Assembly (NCBI GenBank): GCA_038887515.1
Contig: JAWAKK010000002.1
Span: 128,001 to 192,000, forward strand
Length of the DNA stretch: 64,000 bases
Direction: 5' to 3'
Source: Candidatus Nezhaarchaeales archaeon
GTDB lineage: Archaea > Thermoproteota > Methanomethylicia > Nezhaarchaeales > WYZ-LMO8
The translations under genes and the position numbers were made by a program. Shown here piece by piece: positions 29,438-39,999 of this stretch. The stretch's first letter is position 1, and the number at the start of each line of letters is the position of its first letter. Under the pieces are notes generated by a model. That model saw only the letters and a list, made by a program, of their open reading frames with translations, was not told the origin of the DNA and did no database searches.

Positions 29438-30127
29438 ATGCCGGTTTACGTTAAAGATTGGGATCTAGTAGTTCCGGGAGAAGTCTTAGCAGAAGGAGAT
29501 TATGCAGCCGGTCCTTACGTGTACAAAGATAATGATAAGTTGTTGGCCATGACTGTTGGGATAGTAGAGAGTAAGAAAGGTGCTATAAGGGTTGTTCCGC
29601 TACAAGGTCCCTACATACCCAAGGTAGGTGACATCGTGATAGGTATAGTGGTAGATTACTCTTCTACTGCGTACATCCTTGACATAAACTCATCTTATAA
29701 GGCTGTATTACAAGCCAATGAAGTCGTACCTCCTCGAAAGAATTTGTTGGCCGAGGATTTAGTAAAGTACCTGGACCTAGGGGATGTTGTCGTTTGTAAA
29801 GTCGCAAGATTTGATAAGTACTCTGACGTCACGCTTACTTGTAAAGGTAAAGAACTAGGTAAAGTAACTGACGGAAGACTTATTAAAATAAGCCCGGCAA
29901 AGATACCTAGGCTCATAGGTAGAAAAGGTTCTATGGTTAACTTAATAAAGAAGGAAACTGGTTGCAAAATAGTTATAGGACAAAACGGCTTAATATGGAT
30001 AAAGGGTAAGGACCGCAAGTCAGAGGAGCTAGCGGAAAAAGTTATACGGAAAATCGATGAAGAAGCTCATATAAGCGGACTTACACAACGAATACAGCTT
30101 ATGTTTCAATTGGAGAAAGGGAGTTGA
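29438..30127 (+). CDS. rrp4: Exosome RNA-binding subunit Rrp4
   Basis: VVPGEVL, YIPKVGDIVIG, KH motif PRLIGRKGSM, GQNGLIW. Confidence 0.95.
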   Translation: MPVYVKDWDLVVPGEVLAEGDYAAGPYVYKDNDKLLAMTVGIVESKKGAIRVVPLQGPYIPKVGDIVIGIVVDYSSTAYILDINSSYKAVLQANEVVPPRKNLLAEDLVKYLDLGDVVVCKVARFDKYSDVTLTCKGKELGKVTDGRLIKISPAKIPRLIGRKGSMVNLIKKETGCKIVIGQNGLIWIKGKDRKSEELAEKVIRKIDEEAHISGLTQRIQLMFQLEKGS

Positions 30128-30130
30128 TAG

Positions 30131-30886
30131 TTGTTGAGCGCGAAGGGTAAAGAGACCGTACTAATAGATCCAGATGGAAGGAGACTCGATGGAAGGAGAC
30201 CCGACGAGATAAGGAATATTAAAATTAAGGTTGGAATACTCGAAAATGCTGACGGTTCTGCTTACGTTGAACAGGGCAACACTAAGATATATGCAGCGGT
30301 CTACGGTCCCCGAGAGGTACATCCTAGGCACCTTGCATTGCCTAATAGAGCGATCTTGAGATGTAGGTATCACATGACGCCCTTCTCAGTCGAAGAGAGA
30401 AAATCGCCGGCACCAACAAGAAGAGAGATAGAGCTCTCAAAAGTAATAAGAGAAGCTTTGGCCCCTGCAATAATGGTAGAACAATTTCCACTTTCAGCTA
30501 TAGACATCTTTGTTGAAGTAATAAATGCTGATGGAAGTACGCGTTGCGCAAGCATAATAGCTGCATCAGTTGCATTGGCTTCGGCAGGCATACCTATGAG
30601 GGATCTTGTAGCTGCTTGCTCTGTAGGAAAGGTAAATGGCGTACTTGTTTTAGATGTAACAGATGTTGAAGACAAGTACGGAGAAGTAGACATGCCTTTT
30701 GCAATGATGCCTAATCTAAACGAAGTTACACTATTTCAATTAGATGGAGTGTTAAGTCTCGAGGAAGTGGAGAAAGCGCTTTCCATGGCAAGTAAAGCCT
30801 GTAAGGAAATTTATGAAAAGCAGAAAGAAGCGTTAAAGGAAAAATTCCTTAAATTGCGCAAGGTTGTTGAAGGTGACAAAACATGA
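30131..30886 (+). CDS. rrp41: Exosome catalytic subunit Rrp41
   Basis: [37 protein letters not shown]. Confidence 0.97.
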   Translation: MLSAKGKETVLIDPDGRRLDGRRPDEIRNIKIKVGILENADGSAYVEQGNTKIYAAVYGPREVHPRHLALPNRAILRCRYHMTPFSVEERKSPAPTRREIELSKVIREALAPAIMVEQFPLSAIDIFVEVINADGSTRCASIIAASVALASAGIPMRDLVAACSVGKVNGVLVLDVTDVEDKYGEVDMPFAMMPNLNEVTLFQLDGVLSLEEVEKALSMASKACKEIYEKQKEALKEKFLKLRKVVEGDKT

Positions 30887-31683
30887 TACCCAAGATACGA
30901 AGGCAACAGATAATTGATCTGCTCTCGTCCGATGTTAGAGTTGATGGTAGGAAGTTGGAAGAGTTGAGGCCAATAGAAATCAAATGTCGATGCGTGGCAA
31001 ACGCCGACGGCTCAGCGGAGGTGAAGATGGGCAAGACCTTAACAATAGCCGGAGTGAAGACTAGTATAGGGACACCATTTCCAGATACCCCTGATATGGG
31101 GGTAATGATAGTTAACGCGGAGTTCCTCCCAATAGCGTCGCCAACTTTTGAGCCAGGTCCTCCAGACGAAAATGCCATAGAGTTAGCGAGGGTTATAGAT
31201 AGAGGGCTGAGAAGAGGCGAATTGATAGATCTAAAGCAACTCTGCATAGTTCCCGGTAAAGCCGCGTGGGAAGTATGGATAGATATCCATGCCTTGAATC
31301 ATGATGGCAATCTCATGGATGCCTCTGCAATAGCAGCGGTTGCAGCGATTTTAACAGCTGAAATCCCCAAGGCAACGGCAAACGAGAAGGGCGAGATAAC
31401 AATAAACAGAAGCGAACGACAAAAGGTGCCAATAAAGGGTATACCCATTACTGTTACCGTGGCTAAAATATGTGACAAGTTGCTTGTCGACCCCTGCTTA
31501 GAGGAGGAAGAAGTGGCCGACGCATTTCTAACTGCAACCTTCGTGGGCGATAGAGTATGCGCAGTCCAGAAGAGGGGTGAGGGAGGTTTAACTATCGACG
31601 AAACATTAAAATGTCTCCAAATAGCACAGCGTAAGTCGCAAGAAATCCTCAAGCTCGTCAAGGAGGCGGTGGGCTATGGGTAG
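30883..31683 (+). CDS. rrp42: Exosome subunit Rrp42
   Basis: [34 protein letters not shown]. Confidence 0.97.
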   Translation: MIPKIRRQQIIDLLSSDVRVDGRKLEELRPIEIKCRCVANADGSAEVKMGKTLTIAGVKTSIGTPFPDTPDMGVMIVNAEFLPIASPTFEPGPPDENAIELARVIDRGLRRGELIDLKQLCIVPGKAAWEVWIDIHALNHDGNLMDASAIAAVAAILTAEIPKATANEKGEITINRSERQKVPIKGIPITVTVAKICDKLLVDPCLEEEEVADAFLTATFVGDRVCAVQKRGEGGLTIDETLKCLQIAQRKSQEILKLVKEAVGYG

Positions 31684-31903
31684 AACCAAAAAAGTTGGAA
31701 GAGCTGGTAGGTTTGGGGCAAGATATGGTGCAACAATAAGGAAGAGGGTGGCTGAAATAGAGGCAACAATGAAGGCTCTCCATAAATGTCCTTTCTGCTA
31801 CTCAATAGGCAAGGTGAAGCGAAAAGCTGTAGGTATATGGTACTGCAAAAAATGTAAAGCTGTCTTTGCTGGAGGAGCCTATACGCCTGCCACTGGACTA
31901 TGA
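31676..31903 (+). CDS. rpl37ae: 50S ribosomal protein eL43 (L37Ae)
   Basis: [12 protein letters not shown]...GIWYCKKC...GGAY. Confidence 0.97.
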   Translation: MGRTKKVGRAGRFGARYGATIRKRVAEIEATMKALHKCPFCYSIGKVKRKAVGIWYCKKCKAVFAGGAYTPATGL

Positions 31904-32463
31904 TTGACTCTCAAATTAACGTAAAGTACCTGATATCAACTTCTCTCAGACCCTCAAGAAGAATGCGTACTTTTGGTCGAGACCTGGCCCACGCATTGAT
32001 TTACGGCTACTACGTCACTAGAGGAAAAAGGAACCTAACTGACTTAAGGTCATTAGCTCTAAGTCTAAAAGCCTCAAGGCTTATTGTAATCCAAGCCAGA
32101 AAAGGAAATCCCAGCAAACTGGACTTTTATGATACTACTTTGGAGGAAGTACCCCTGATCGGCTCAATAAATATATCTGGCGTGAAGCTCGTGAGAGAGC
32201 AACCGCACGTCACAAGAGCTCCTTCTAACGTTAAGATAGCTGTTTGTTATGAACCGGGAACGATTCCTCCGGAAATTAAGAGGTCCATAATGTTAATACC
32301 TACATTATTTGATTTAGAAGTAAGTACTTCGCAGGATGATAGGTGGGTTGTAAAGATTTCTTGGAGAGAAAAGTGGCTTGAAATATCGTTTATTGATAGA
32401 GAAACAACTTTATTCTTTGGTCCCACTATAAGAGTGAGGAACGTTGTCTTATCGACAACATAG
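31900..32463 (+). CDS. Brix/Imp4-domain ribosome biogenesis protein
   Basis: [26 protein letters not shown]; superoperon position. Confidence 0.8.
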   Translation: MIDSQINVKYLISTSLRPSRRMRTFGRDLAHALIYGYYVTRGKRNLTDLRSLALSLKASRLIVIQARKGNPSKLDFYDTTLEEVPLIGSINISGVKLVREQPHVTRAPSNVKIAVCYEPGTIPPEIKRSIMLIPTLFDLEVSTSQDDRWVVKISWREKWLEISFIDRETTLFFGPTIRVRNVVLSTT

Positions 32464-32704
32464 CGCCACGATAGTTGTCCAGACCGAAAAAGATGATGAG
32501 TGCGATCTAAGTAAAGTTTTGTTTTCAGCCCTTAAACCTGAAAGTGAGGAAAGAGGGAAGGGATTCTCCGTGGAGATTTCAATGGAAGGAGAAAAAATAA
32601 TAGTAAGACTTAGAGCTAAGAGCTTGAGCAGGCTAAGAGCAGTAATGAATTCGTATTTGAGGTGGATAAAGTCTATATCTGAAATTATTGGTGGAGGGAG
32701 GTAA
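32444..32704 (+). CDS. pcc1: KEOPS subunit Pcc1
   Basis: ALKPE, LRAVMNSYLRWI. Confidence 0.88.
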   Translation: MSYRQHSATIVVQTEKDDECDLSKVLFSALKPESEERGKGFSVEISMEGEKIIVRLRAKSLSRLRAVMNSYLRWIKSISEIIGGGR

Positions 32705-33061
32705 ATGCAACCTCAAATTCCACAGGAAGTTCAATACAAAATCATGCAGTTTCAGGAATTACAGGAGAGAATTAGGGCGCTAATAGTTCGAAGACAACAG
32801 CTAGAAGTCGAGTTAAGGGAAGTTGAGAGTGCGCTCGACGAGCTTAAAACCTTAAGCGGTGAAACGCCTATATTCAAGTTCGCTGGAAGAATCTTAATGC
32901 GTGTCAATAAAGATTCTATGATTAAAGAGCTTAGCGAAAAGAAAGAAACACTGGAACTACATATAAGGACTTTAGAGAGGCAAGAAGTGCATGCGCGGAA
33001 GAGGCTCGAAGAGTTAAGACAAGACTTAAACCAAGCACTTTCAGGAATCTCTGGAACCTAA
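32705..33061 (+). CDS. pfdB: Prefoldin beta subunit
   Basis: Coiled coil with central IFKFAGRILM hairpin; ETLELHIRTLERQE. Confidence 0.93.
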   Translation: MQPQIPQEVQYKIMQFQELQERIRALIVRRQQLEVELREVESALDELKTLSGETPIFKFAGRILMRVNKDSMIKELSEKKETLELHIRTLERQEVHARKRLEELRQDLNQALSGISGT

Positions 33062-33302
33062 GTTAGGATAGGAAATACTTATCGCGATATCTTCAAGGGG
33101 TTGTTGGAACGCGTTAAGCTACACGATAAGCTCGGCCTAACATTAAGAAATATATGTAGGTATGGAACTATCACTCAATGAAGAGTTTCTAAGGGTTTAT
33201 GCTAGAGGATTTTGTAGAAGGACCATCTTTAAGAAGTCTAGTGATATGATGAAGCCCGCAAGACATACCGAGCATCATTCAACAAAGCATGGAGGAGGAG
33301 TC

Positions 33303-34298
33303 TTGGACCTAGTCCGCCTATTAAGGTTAATTAAACATGCTAGTAAGATAGTTGTAACCAGTCATCAGAATAGCGATGTAGATGCCGTATTGAGTTGCTA
33401 CGTCATAAAGGAACTTATCAATAGGCTCAACCCTTCGGCCAACATCAATATAGTAACATCAGGGATGAACCTGCAAGCAAAGAAAGTAGTAGAAAGTTTA
33501 GGGATTTCGCTGGAAATCCAGGAGGGAAGCGTGTTACTAGACTATGATGTATGTATTTTTGTGGACGTTAACAATCCAATGCATATAGGTGCGCTGAAGG
33601 ATTACATAATCCACGACAAACCTATAGTTATCATAGACCACCATAAGCCATCTATTAACATGCCTCAAAACGCTCTAACCATAATAGATGAGAAAGCTGT
33701 AGCTGCAGCTGAAGTAGTGTGTGACCTCATACGTTACATGGATTTTAAGCCTACGAAAGAGGAAGCTCAATGCTTGTTAGTTGGCATACTTTCAGATTCG
33801 AGGAGGTTATCTATAGGGTCTATTAAAACTTTGAGAAATATGGCTTTTCTACTTTCTTGCGGCGCCTCCTTATCCGAAGCGATCGCCGTACTCGGTATGC
33901 CTATGAATTTCTCAGAGAAGATCGCAAGGCTAAAGGCTTCTCAAAGAGCTTCAATCTACTGTTTAGGTCAATGGATCATTGCGATCTCTAATGTAGGTTC
34001 TTATGAGGCTTCGGCAGCGAGGGCGTTGATTGATCTAGGCGCCGACGTAGCTGCGGTATGTAATGAATTAAATGGTGAAGTTAGGCTTTGCATTAGGGCG
34101 AGCGAGGACTTTGCTAAGAGAACCAATATACATCTAGGAGAGATTCTAGAGAGACTTAGCTTATCAATGTCCGGCTCGGGCGGAGGTCACGCGACTGCCG
34201 CGTGTGCAACCATACCAAGGCGATACAGTGAAGTCGTAAGTGGGCTCTTGAATTTGTTAAGTGACGCTCTCGGGCATGATGTTAAGAAGATGGGTTAA
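33303..34298 (+). CDS. DHH/DHHA1 phosphoesterase (NrnA-like)
   Basis: HQNSDVDA, FVD, IIDHH, GILSDS, GGGH; TTG start after GGAGG. Confidence 0.88.
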   Translation: MDLVRLLRLIKHASKIVVTSHQNSDVDAVLSCYVIKELINRLNPSANINIVTSGMNLQAKKVVESLGISLEIQEGSVLLDYDVCIFVDVNNPMHIGALKDYIIHDKPIVIIDHHKPSINMPQNALTIIDEKAVAAAEVVCDLIRYMDFKPTKEEAQCLLVGILSDSRRLSIGSIKTLRNMAFLLSCGASLSEAIAVLGMPMNFSEKIARLKASQRASIYCLGQWIIAISNVGSYEASAARALIDLGADVAAVCNELNGEVRLCIRASEDFAKRTNIHLGEILERLSLSMSGSGGGHATAACATIPRRYSEVVSGLLNLLSDALGHDVKKMG

Positions 34299-34347
34299 AG
34301 ATATCGTGTCGAAGCATATATGTAAAACTTTGCCAGCAACTTTTTCC

Positions 34348-35907
34348 TCAACATGAACTCACAATCTTCATGGCTTCCTCGAAGCTTTTTAAGAGAAGCT
34401 TCTTATCGCATCCAACGTTGATTACATCCCATGGGGTTTTAGAATCTAGCGATAAAGAGATTTTAGGCAATCTTCTTACAATAGCGGTCCAAGACTCCAG
34501 TCCTTGCTTCACGAGTTCGACTAGGCGTAATCCAAAGCTTTCATCTCCAAGAGATACTAAAGCTTGGTAAGTTGCATTATAGGGGTTTAAAAAGTCAAGT
34601 CGAATCCTTGAGCTTTTGAAGGCTCTTAAGCAATTTCTGTAACTTTCTTTAATTACAGGGGGTTCAGGAGGCGGAAGCCACTGAAATGGTGTGTGCGGTT
34701 TCGGGATCAAGGGGTTTACCGATAAATGTAATGTCAGTTTGCTTTTAGATGCTAGCTTTAATAGTCTCCTTAACAATTGAGCGCTTTCATTAAAATCTTC
34801 CTTAGGTAAGCATGTGATTAGGTAGACCTTGATCTCGGTAAACCCTTTATCGGCGGCTAACTGCACAACTTTCTCTAGTACATCATCGTCGTACGTTTTT
34901 CCTAAAAACATCCTACTTGTATTTGAGAAAGACTCAACTCCCAGGGCTAAGCTCTTCTGACCTGCTTGTCCGATGAGCTCCAAGAGCTCTTCATCTATAG
35001 CATCTGGTCTAAGAGAGGGCATAGAGAGGGTCATACCCCTCGCTATTATCTCCGAGCATACGTCTTTGAGCCAGGGAACATCGAATATTCCTGCACCTAT
35101 GAGTACGACGCGGTTAGCTTTGCTCTTAGAAAGGCCTTCGTCTAATATCTCCCTTATCTTACTTAGGCTTCTGAACCTTAGAGGACCATTTGTCCACGAT
35201 AATAAGCAGAAGCGACATCTTCTATTGCACGAACGAGATATCTCTAGGTAAAAGGCATTTGGAAATATGGGGTCTACAAGCCCTCTTTCGCTACTTGAAG
35301 TAAGTTGAGCTAGTATGTGGGGGGCACTGTCGAGGTTAAAGGCTATGCATCGCTCGACCTTTTCCTTACCAAAACGGTACATGGGCTTTAAGTTGCTTAG
35401 TTCGTCGAGCTTCTCCTTCTTGCCTCTATTACTTTTTAACACCTCTAATAATTCAGTAAGGTATGGTTCTAGCTCACCAATGAATATACAATCAAATATA
35501 GTTGAGACAGGTAATGGATTAGCAGATACCGCTTGGCCGCCAGCGATCAGTATTGGATCTTTTTCGGTACGCTTTTCCGCTAGAGGGTTTATACCAGCGT
35601 TTATGAGCATCCTTATCGTTTTAACGTAATCTTCTTCGTATTGCAACGTAAAAGCGACAACATCGAAAGCCTTCAGCTCCGCACCGCTTTCTATTGTCTT
35701 TGGGGTTTCACTTAGAAAACACCGTTCACATAAAACATCGTCATCTAAATTAAGTAAAAAGTAGAGTTGCTGAACAGTTAAGCCGGTCATACCAGCCTTG
35801 TAGAAATTCGGGTAGCATAGGGCTATTCTCAACCTGCTTCTTTTCCAGTTCTTCCTTATAACGTTGTATTCTAAGAAAACTACCTTCTTCGTCGAGTTTG
35901 TTTCCAA
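34348..35907 (-). CDS. B12-binding-like radical SAM protein
   Basis: YPNFYKAGM..L, CERCF, EISRSCNRRCRFC, PSLRPD, PKPHTPFQ. Confidence 0.85.
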   Translation of the reverse strand: METNSTKKVVFLEYNVIRKNWKRSRLRIALCYPNFYKAGMTGLTVQQLYFLLNLDDDVLCERCFLSETPKTIESGAELKAFDVVAFTLQYEEDYVKTIRMLINAGINPLAEKRTEKDPILIAGGQAVSANPLPVSTIFDCIFIGELEPYLTELLEVLKSNRGKKEKLDELSNLKPMYRFGKEKVERCIAFNLDSAPHILAQLTSSSERGLVDPIFPNAFYLEISRSCNRRCRFCLLSWTNGPLRFRSLSKIREILDEGLSKSKANRVVLIGAGIFDVPWLKDVCSEIIARGMTLSMPSLRPDAIDEELLELIGQAGQKSLALGVESFSNTSRMFLGKTYDDDVLEKVVQLAADKGFTEIKVYLITCLPKEDFNESAQLLRRLLKLASKSKLTLHLSVNPLIPKPHTPFQWLPPPEPPVIKESYRNCLRAFKSSRIRLDFLNPYNATYQALVSLGDESFGLRLVELVKQGLESWTAIVRRLPKISLSLDSKTPWDVINVGCDKKLLLKSFEEAMKIVSSC

Positions 35908-35985
35908 ATAAGTTCTAGACCCCCATTATCGAAAGGAAGGCAAACGATATAAAAATTAGTTGGACGCACGATTAACCTTTAAGAA

Positions 35986-36618
35986 CTAAGAGACTTTAAG
36001 TTGAGTCGATTGGTAGACGACCTTAGCCTCTTCGCTTTCCTGTGGAACACCTAAGAGCTTACTTTTCATTGCTTCAACTTTTCTAAGGGGATAAATCTTT
36101 TTAGCCTTGTTATATGCGTCGGATGATATTTTCCCCAATACAAGCTCTTGGACAAAATCTTCAAAGTTAAGTTGAGAGGCTTTCTCTTCCACGACTTGTC
36201 TCATTATAGCTCTTATTGCAGACTTTTGAGATGTCTTAGCCCTCTTGACCGTAACAGCTAACATGAAAACCCTCATTCGATAACCGTCCCTAGTCTCAAC
36301 GTCAAATATGCTGTCTATCCTTGAGGAGCCCCTTCTAACTAGGCTTCTTATATAATCCCTCGCAAGTTCATGGCCTTTGAAGATAGTATAGGCCTTGTCT
36401 CCCTCAACCTTAATTATTTGAAAACGTAGCTTTATGTGTTGGTGGGAAAAATCGTTCGTAATGTTGTAAAGGGTTGTCCACATAGTTCTCTTAATAGCCC
36501 TATCGGGAGATGAAACCAAAGCCTTACCTAATTCGGTAAAACCAAAATACTTAGGTGCCACTACTGTAATCCACGTTTTTGGTTGTGCTTTTAATGGTTT
36601 TGCCCTCTTCGAAGACAT
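35986..36618 (-). CDS. rps3ae: 30S ribosomal protein eS1 (S3Ae)
   Basis: W..VVAPKYF, RDYIRSLVRRGSS, KKIYPLRKVE. Confidence 0.97.
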   Translation of the reverse strand: MSSKRAKPLKAQPKTWITVVAPKYFGFTELGKALVSSPDRAIKRTMWTTLYNITNDFSHQHIKLRFQIIKVEGDKAYTIFKGHELARDYIRSLVRRGSSRIDSIFDVETRDGYRMRVFMLAVTVKRAKTSQKSAIRAIMRQVVEEKASQLNFEDFVQELVLGKISSDAYNKAKKIYPLRKVEAMKSKLLGVPQESEEAKVVYQSTQLKVS

Positions 36619-36722
36619 CCAAGATACCCCTTTACTTACCGTAACGCAAATAGAGTTTTCAGCGTAGCGTAAAATCTCGAAAGCAACAATTTAAACCTTT
36701 TTTGTTATGAGTAGCTTTAAAG

Positions 36723-36974
36723 CTACCCCTTGCTCAGCACCTTCAAAGAAGGTCGCAGACATGCAAATATGTCATTCGCTGTGCTTATAATGGTTCCTAT
36801 ATCATCTGACTCGATAAGTATCTTTAGGCTATCCTCGCTTGTCTCTACGACCTGTAACTTTAAGTTTGAAGGAAGTACCTTATTGTCTGGCTCTAATGCT
36901 TTAGCTAGAGCTTCAACGTGGCCTGGAGCATATACGCAAATCTCTAGCAAAAGACGTATTTTACCTCTTTTCAA
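36723..36974 (-). CDS. Pcc1 paralogue (Pcc2-like)
   Basis: ALEPDN, TIISTANDIFACL; located between recJ-like and rps3ae. Confidence 0.7.
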   Translation of the reverse strand: MKRGKIRLLLEICVYAPGHVEALAKALEPDNKVLPSNLKLQVVETSEDSLKILIESDDIGTIISTANDIFACLRPSLKVLSKG

Positions 36975-38421
36975 GCGCGGCCCCCTGTTGTAAAGCTTTT
37001 TCGACTAAGGTATCTACTAGTTTGAAAAATTTGTCTAGAGCTTGGAGGGGTATCGTAGCCCCAGCTGCGACTTCGTGTCCACCGCCACTCCCACCTACCT
37101 GTTCAGCGGCCGACTTAATTATGAAGCCTAAGTTGACTCCACGTTTCAGCATCGATTCATGCATTCGAGCTGAGACCTTGATTTTACCTCCGCTAGAGAG
37201 AGCTATTGATATTAGAGGTTTAGTTATGTTGCATATGTAAGATGATATCGCTATGGAGGATACAGCACCTAAGATCCTCTCGTCAACGATGTTTTTTAAA
37301 TCCATGACTTGGATGCTCTTGAGAGATCTTATGTAAGATGAATCGTTTCGTATTAGAGAAATGTATTGAGCGAGTCTTCTCCTATATTCTAAGGAGATTG
37401 CCTCTGCTTGCATTAAGACCTTCCTATTGCCTAGACCTATCGCCAGTCCAATACTAGGTCTCTTCAGCCTACCGCACGCGTTTAGCGTTTGCGCAAAATC
37501 ATGAGCATATCTTAATGACGAGTCTTCGAATTCGTATAAAAATTCGTAGATACAGCCGAAGAGAGAGTTAGCTGCTTGGGGGCTAAACCCCTTAATTAAC
37601 ATATGTTTTATTAATGCTGTAGCTAGCTTAGAAACCTCGTCAGCGCTTAGATCCTTGTAAGTCGTCAGAGTACCGTCTGGTTTCTTCGTTGGTATCCCAA
37701 TACTTTCAAGGAAACGGTGGCAGGCCACTTCGTCGTAAGTTAGACCAGGTAACAAAGGATCTATGGTATACATAAGCGATTTCACTAGAGGCTGACGAGG
37801 GACTCCGTAGAGTCTTAGTCCCATGTTCTTTCTGACCCAACCCTTTTCTAAAGAGTCCTGTACTATGGATCCATTTATCCCTGTTAAGCCTTTAGCCCCC
37901 TCTTCTTGCCTATCGCCCACGGCCCCCGCTATAGCTAAGTAGGCCATCAAATGGTCTTCGCACTTCATATTTTTAGCTACAAGGTAAGCAAGCCCAGATG
38001 CGCTAACTTCCTTTCCACCGTTGATTCCAAAGGCATGTGGGTTTAACTCATGAACTCTCCGTTCAATAATGGGCTTGGGTCTCAAGGGTTCATGGTGATC
38101 TATTACGCTGGCAGGCTTAAACCCCATTTCAATGATTTTATCTATGGTTGAACTACCCAAGTCAGTAAATACGTAGTAATCGCCTTTAGGGAGGAGACTT
38201 AAAGTGTCGCCATCTACTTGATCTACGACCCTTATTATGAAAGGTCGATCTTGCTTTACGAGTACTCTTGCTATTATCGATGCTGCAGCTAGCCCATCGG
38301 CATCGTAGTGGGTTATTATAACGTACAGGTTAGCTGAAGAGGCCTCAATGGCCTCAGCTACTTGTGAGGCAGAGGCCTCGAGTAGAGGTAGGCTTTCTAG
38401 CGATCCATGGCTTGAAAGCAT
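36961..38421 (-). CDS. RecJ-like DHH exonuclease (GAN/Cdc45-type)
   Basis: HYDADG, DLGS, IDHH, AGAVGD, LNACGR, GGGHEVAAGA; rps15-recJ-pcc-rps3ae synteny. Confidence 0.88.
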   Translation of the reverse strand: MLSSHGSLESLPLLEASASQVAEAIEASSANLYVIITHYDADGLAAASIIARVLVKQDRPFIIRVVDQVDGDTLSLLPKGDYYVFTDLGSSTIDKIIEMGFKPASVIDHHEPLRPKPIIERRVHELNPHAFGINGGKEVSASGLAYLVAKNMKCEDHLMAYLAIAGAVGDRQEEGAKGLTGINGSIVQDSLEKGWVRKNMGLRLYGVPRQPLVKSLMYTIDPLLPGLTYDEVACHRFLESIGIPTKKPDGTLTTYKDLSADEVSKLATALIKHMLIKGFSPQAANSLFGCIYEFLYEFEDSSLRYAHDFAQTLNACGRLKRPSIGLAIGLGNRKVLMQAEAISLEYRRRLAQYISLIRNDSSYIRSLKSIQVMDLKNIVDERILGAVSSIAISSYICNITKPLISIALSSGGKIKVSARMHESMLKRGVNLGFIIKSAAEQVGGSGGGHEVAAGATIPLQALDKFFKLVDTLVEKALQQGAALEKR

Positions 38422-38434
38422 ATTCGAATCAGCT

Positions 38435-38881
38435 TTAAGGTATTACGCTTATTTTTTGGGGTTCATATTTCCAGTCGGGGGGCAAAAGTCCTATTCGCTT
38501 GTAATACTTTATGAGTCTATGTATCTTAGACTCTACCAGCTGAAGGCCTCTTAGCGAGAAGTAGTCCTTTGGGTGTTCTTCCAAATGTCTCCTTATCCCT
38601 ATGGCCTTCTTTATTAAGTTAGCGAGGTCCTCTGGAACTGAAGGAGCCAATCCCTTTTCTGCGAGAATTTGAGTTATCTTCTTGCCTATGACCATCTTAG
38701 TTAGAGCTATTCCATGCTGATCTCTAAGTAGGGTCCCTATCATAGATGGAGGATAACCCTTTTTAGCATAGTCTACTATTAATGATATGACCTCATCCTC
38801 AGAAAACTTCAGCTTTGAAGCAACATCACTCGTTACGGGTCTAGTCGAATGCGACTTACCCTTCTCCTTGCCCTTTCGCAA
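38435..38881 (-). CDS. rps15: 30S ribosomal protein uS15
   Basis: GKSHSTRP, PSMIG..LRDQHG, PEDL, ESKIHRLIKYYK. Confidence 0.97.
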   Translation of the reverse strand: MRKGKEKGKSHSTRPVTSDVASKLKFSEDEVISLIVDYAKKGYPPSMIGTLLRDQHGIALTKMVIGKKITQILAEKGLAPSVPEDLANLIKKAIGIRRHLEEHPKDYFSLRGLQLVESKIHRLIKYYKRIGLLPPDWKYEPQKISVIP

Positions 38882-38951
38882 TGCGCCTACCACCTTTCAG
38901 TTAGTCTCTATGAGGGTACACATAAATATTACGTACTATCAGAACACTACT

Positions 38952-39518
38952 ATGAAAAAACGCTTAACTTACGTCACCAGCAACCCTCATAAAGCAAGCG
39001 AGAGCTTGTCTATATTAAGGGAACTAGGAATAGATGCTGAGGTCATACATATCAGCGTTCCTGAAATTCAATCTGACGACATAATAGAAGTAGCCAGCTT
39101 CAGAGCAAGAGAGGCTTACAAACTATTAAGAAAGCCCCTCATAGTTGAAGATGCTGGCTTGTTTATTGATGCACTTAATGGGTTTCCGGGACCTTATTCT
39201 TCGTACGTCTTTAAGACCATAGGAATTAGCGGGTTATTGAAACTGATGAAGGGTATAAGGAAGAGAAGTGCTACTTTTAAGTCAGTGGTAGCCTTCAATG
39301 ATGGAAGGAGGCTTCGCATATTTATAGGTCAGGTTAAGGGTAAGATATCGTTTAAACCTAAGGGGTCTTCATGGGGATTTGATCCCATATTTGAGCCTAG
39401 AGGGTTGAACGGGTTAACTTACGCTCAACTACCTTTGGAACACAAGAATAAAGTATCTCATAGGAGAAAAGCGCTTGAGAGAGCGGCCCGTTACTTAAGA
39501 AGATGGCTAAACATTTAA
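38952..39518 (+). CDS. Non-canonical purine NTP pyrophosphatase (RdgB/HAM1)
   Basis: TSNPHK, EIQ, EDAGL..LNGFPGPYS, GFDPIF, KNKVSHR. Confidence 0.95.
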   Translation: MKKRLTYVTSNPHKASESLSILRELGIDAEVIHISVPEIQSDDIIEVASFRAREAYKLLRKPLIVEDAGLFIDALNGFPGPYSSYVFKTIGISGLLKLMKGIRKRSATFKSVVAFNDGRRLRIFIGQVKGKISFKPKGSSWGFDPIFEPRGLNGLTYAQLPLEHKNKVSHRRKALERAARYLRRWLNI

Positions 39519-39565
39519 AAATAGAAGAGAGCTAATGCTCTTTGACCGAGAAGGGGGTTTAGCTT

Positions 39566-39964
39566 TTGTCTCGAAAACCTGTAGACGCCGGCTCGCTTAA
39601 AGAAGGGTCATTTATAGTTATAGATGAAGAGCCTTGTAGAATAGTTGAGGCTGAAAAGTCAAAGCCTGGAAAGCATGGTTCAGCTAAAGTTCGAATAACT
39701 GCCATAGGGATCTTCGACGGCGTCAAGAGGAGCATAGTCGTGCCAGTAGATCAAAAAGTTGACGTTCCTGTAATCGAGAAGAAGGTCGCTCAAGTTATAT
39801 CGATCACACCAACGACCATACAGCTGATGGATCTGTCAAGTTACGAAGTTTCCGAGGTAGCTAAAGAGACGGTCGAACCCGAAATAGTAAATAAGATTGG
39901 CGTAGGCACTGAAGTAGAGGTCTGGGAAATACTTGGTAAAAAGAAGATTATGCGAACAAGATAG
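39566..39964 (+). CDS. eif5a: Translation factor aIF5A
   Basis: Hypusine-site motif KSKPGKHGSAK. Confidence 0.97.
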   Translation: MSRKPVDAGSLKEGSFIVIDEEPCRIVEAEKSKPGKHGSAKVRITAIGIFDGVKRSIVVPVDQKVDVPVIEKKVAQVISITPTTIQLMDLSSYEVSEVAKETVEPEIVNKIGVGTEVEVWEILGKKKIMRTR

Positions 39965-39999
39965 CTTATCTAAAGATATCTTAAATAAGGTGATGAGCG

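Noticed and set aside
33062-33302. ATGAAGA/ATGATGA box-C-like motifs, or an N-terminal extension of the DHH gene
   Set aside because: No properly spaced CTGA boxes; the DHH gene has a good SD plus TTG at 33303
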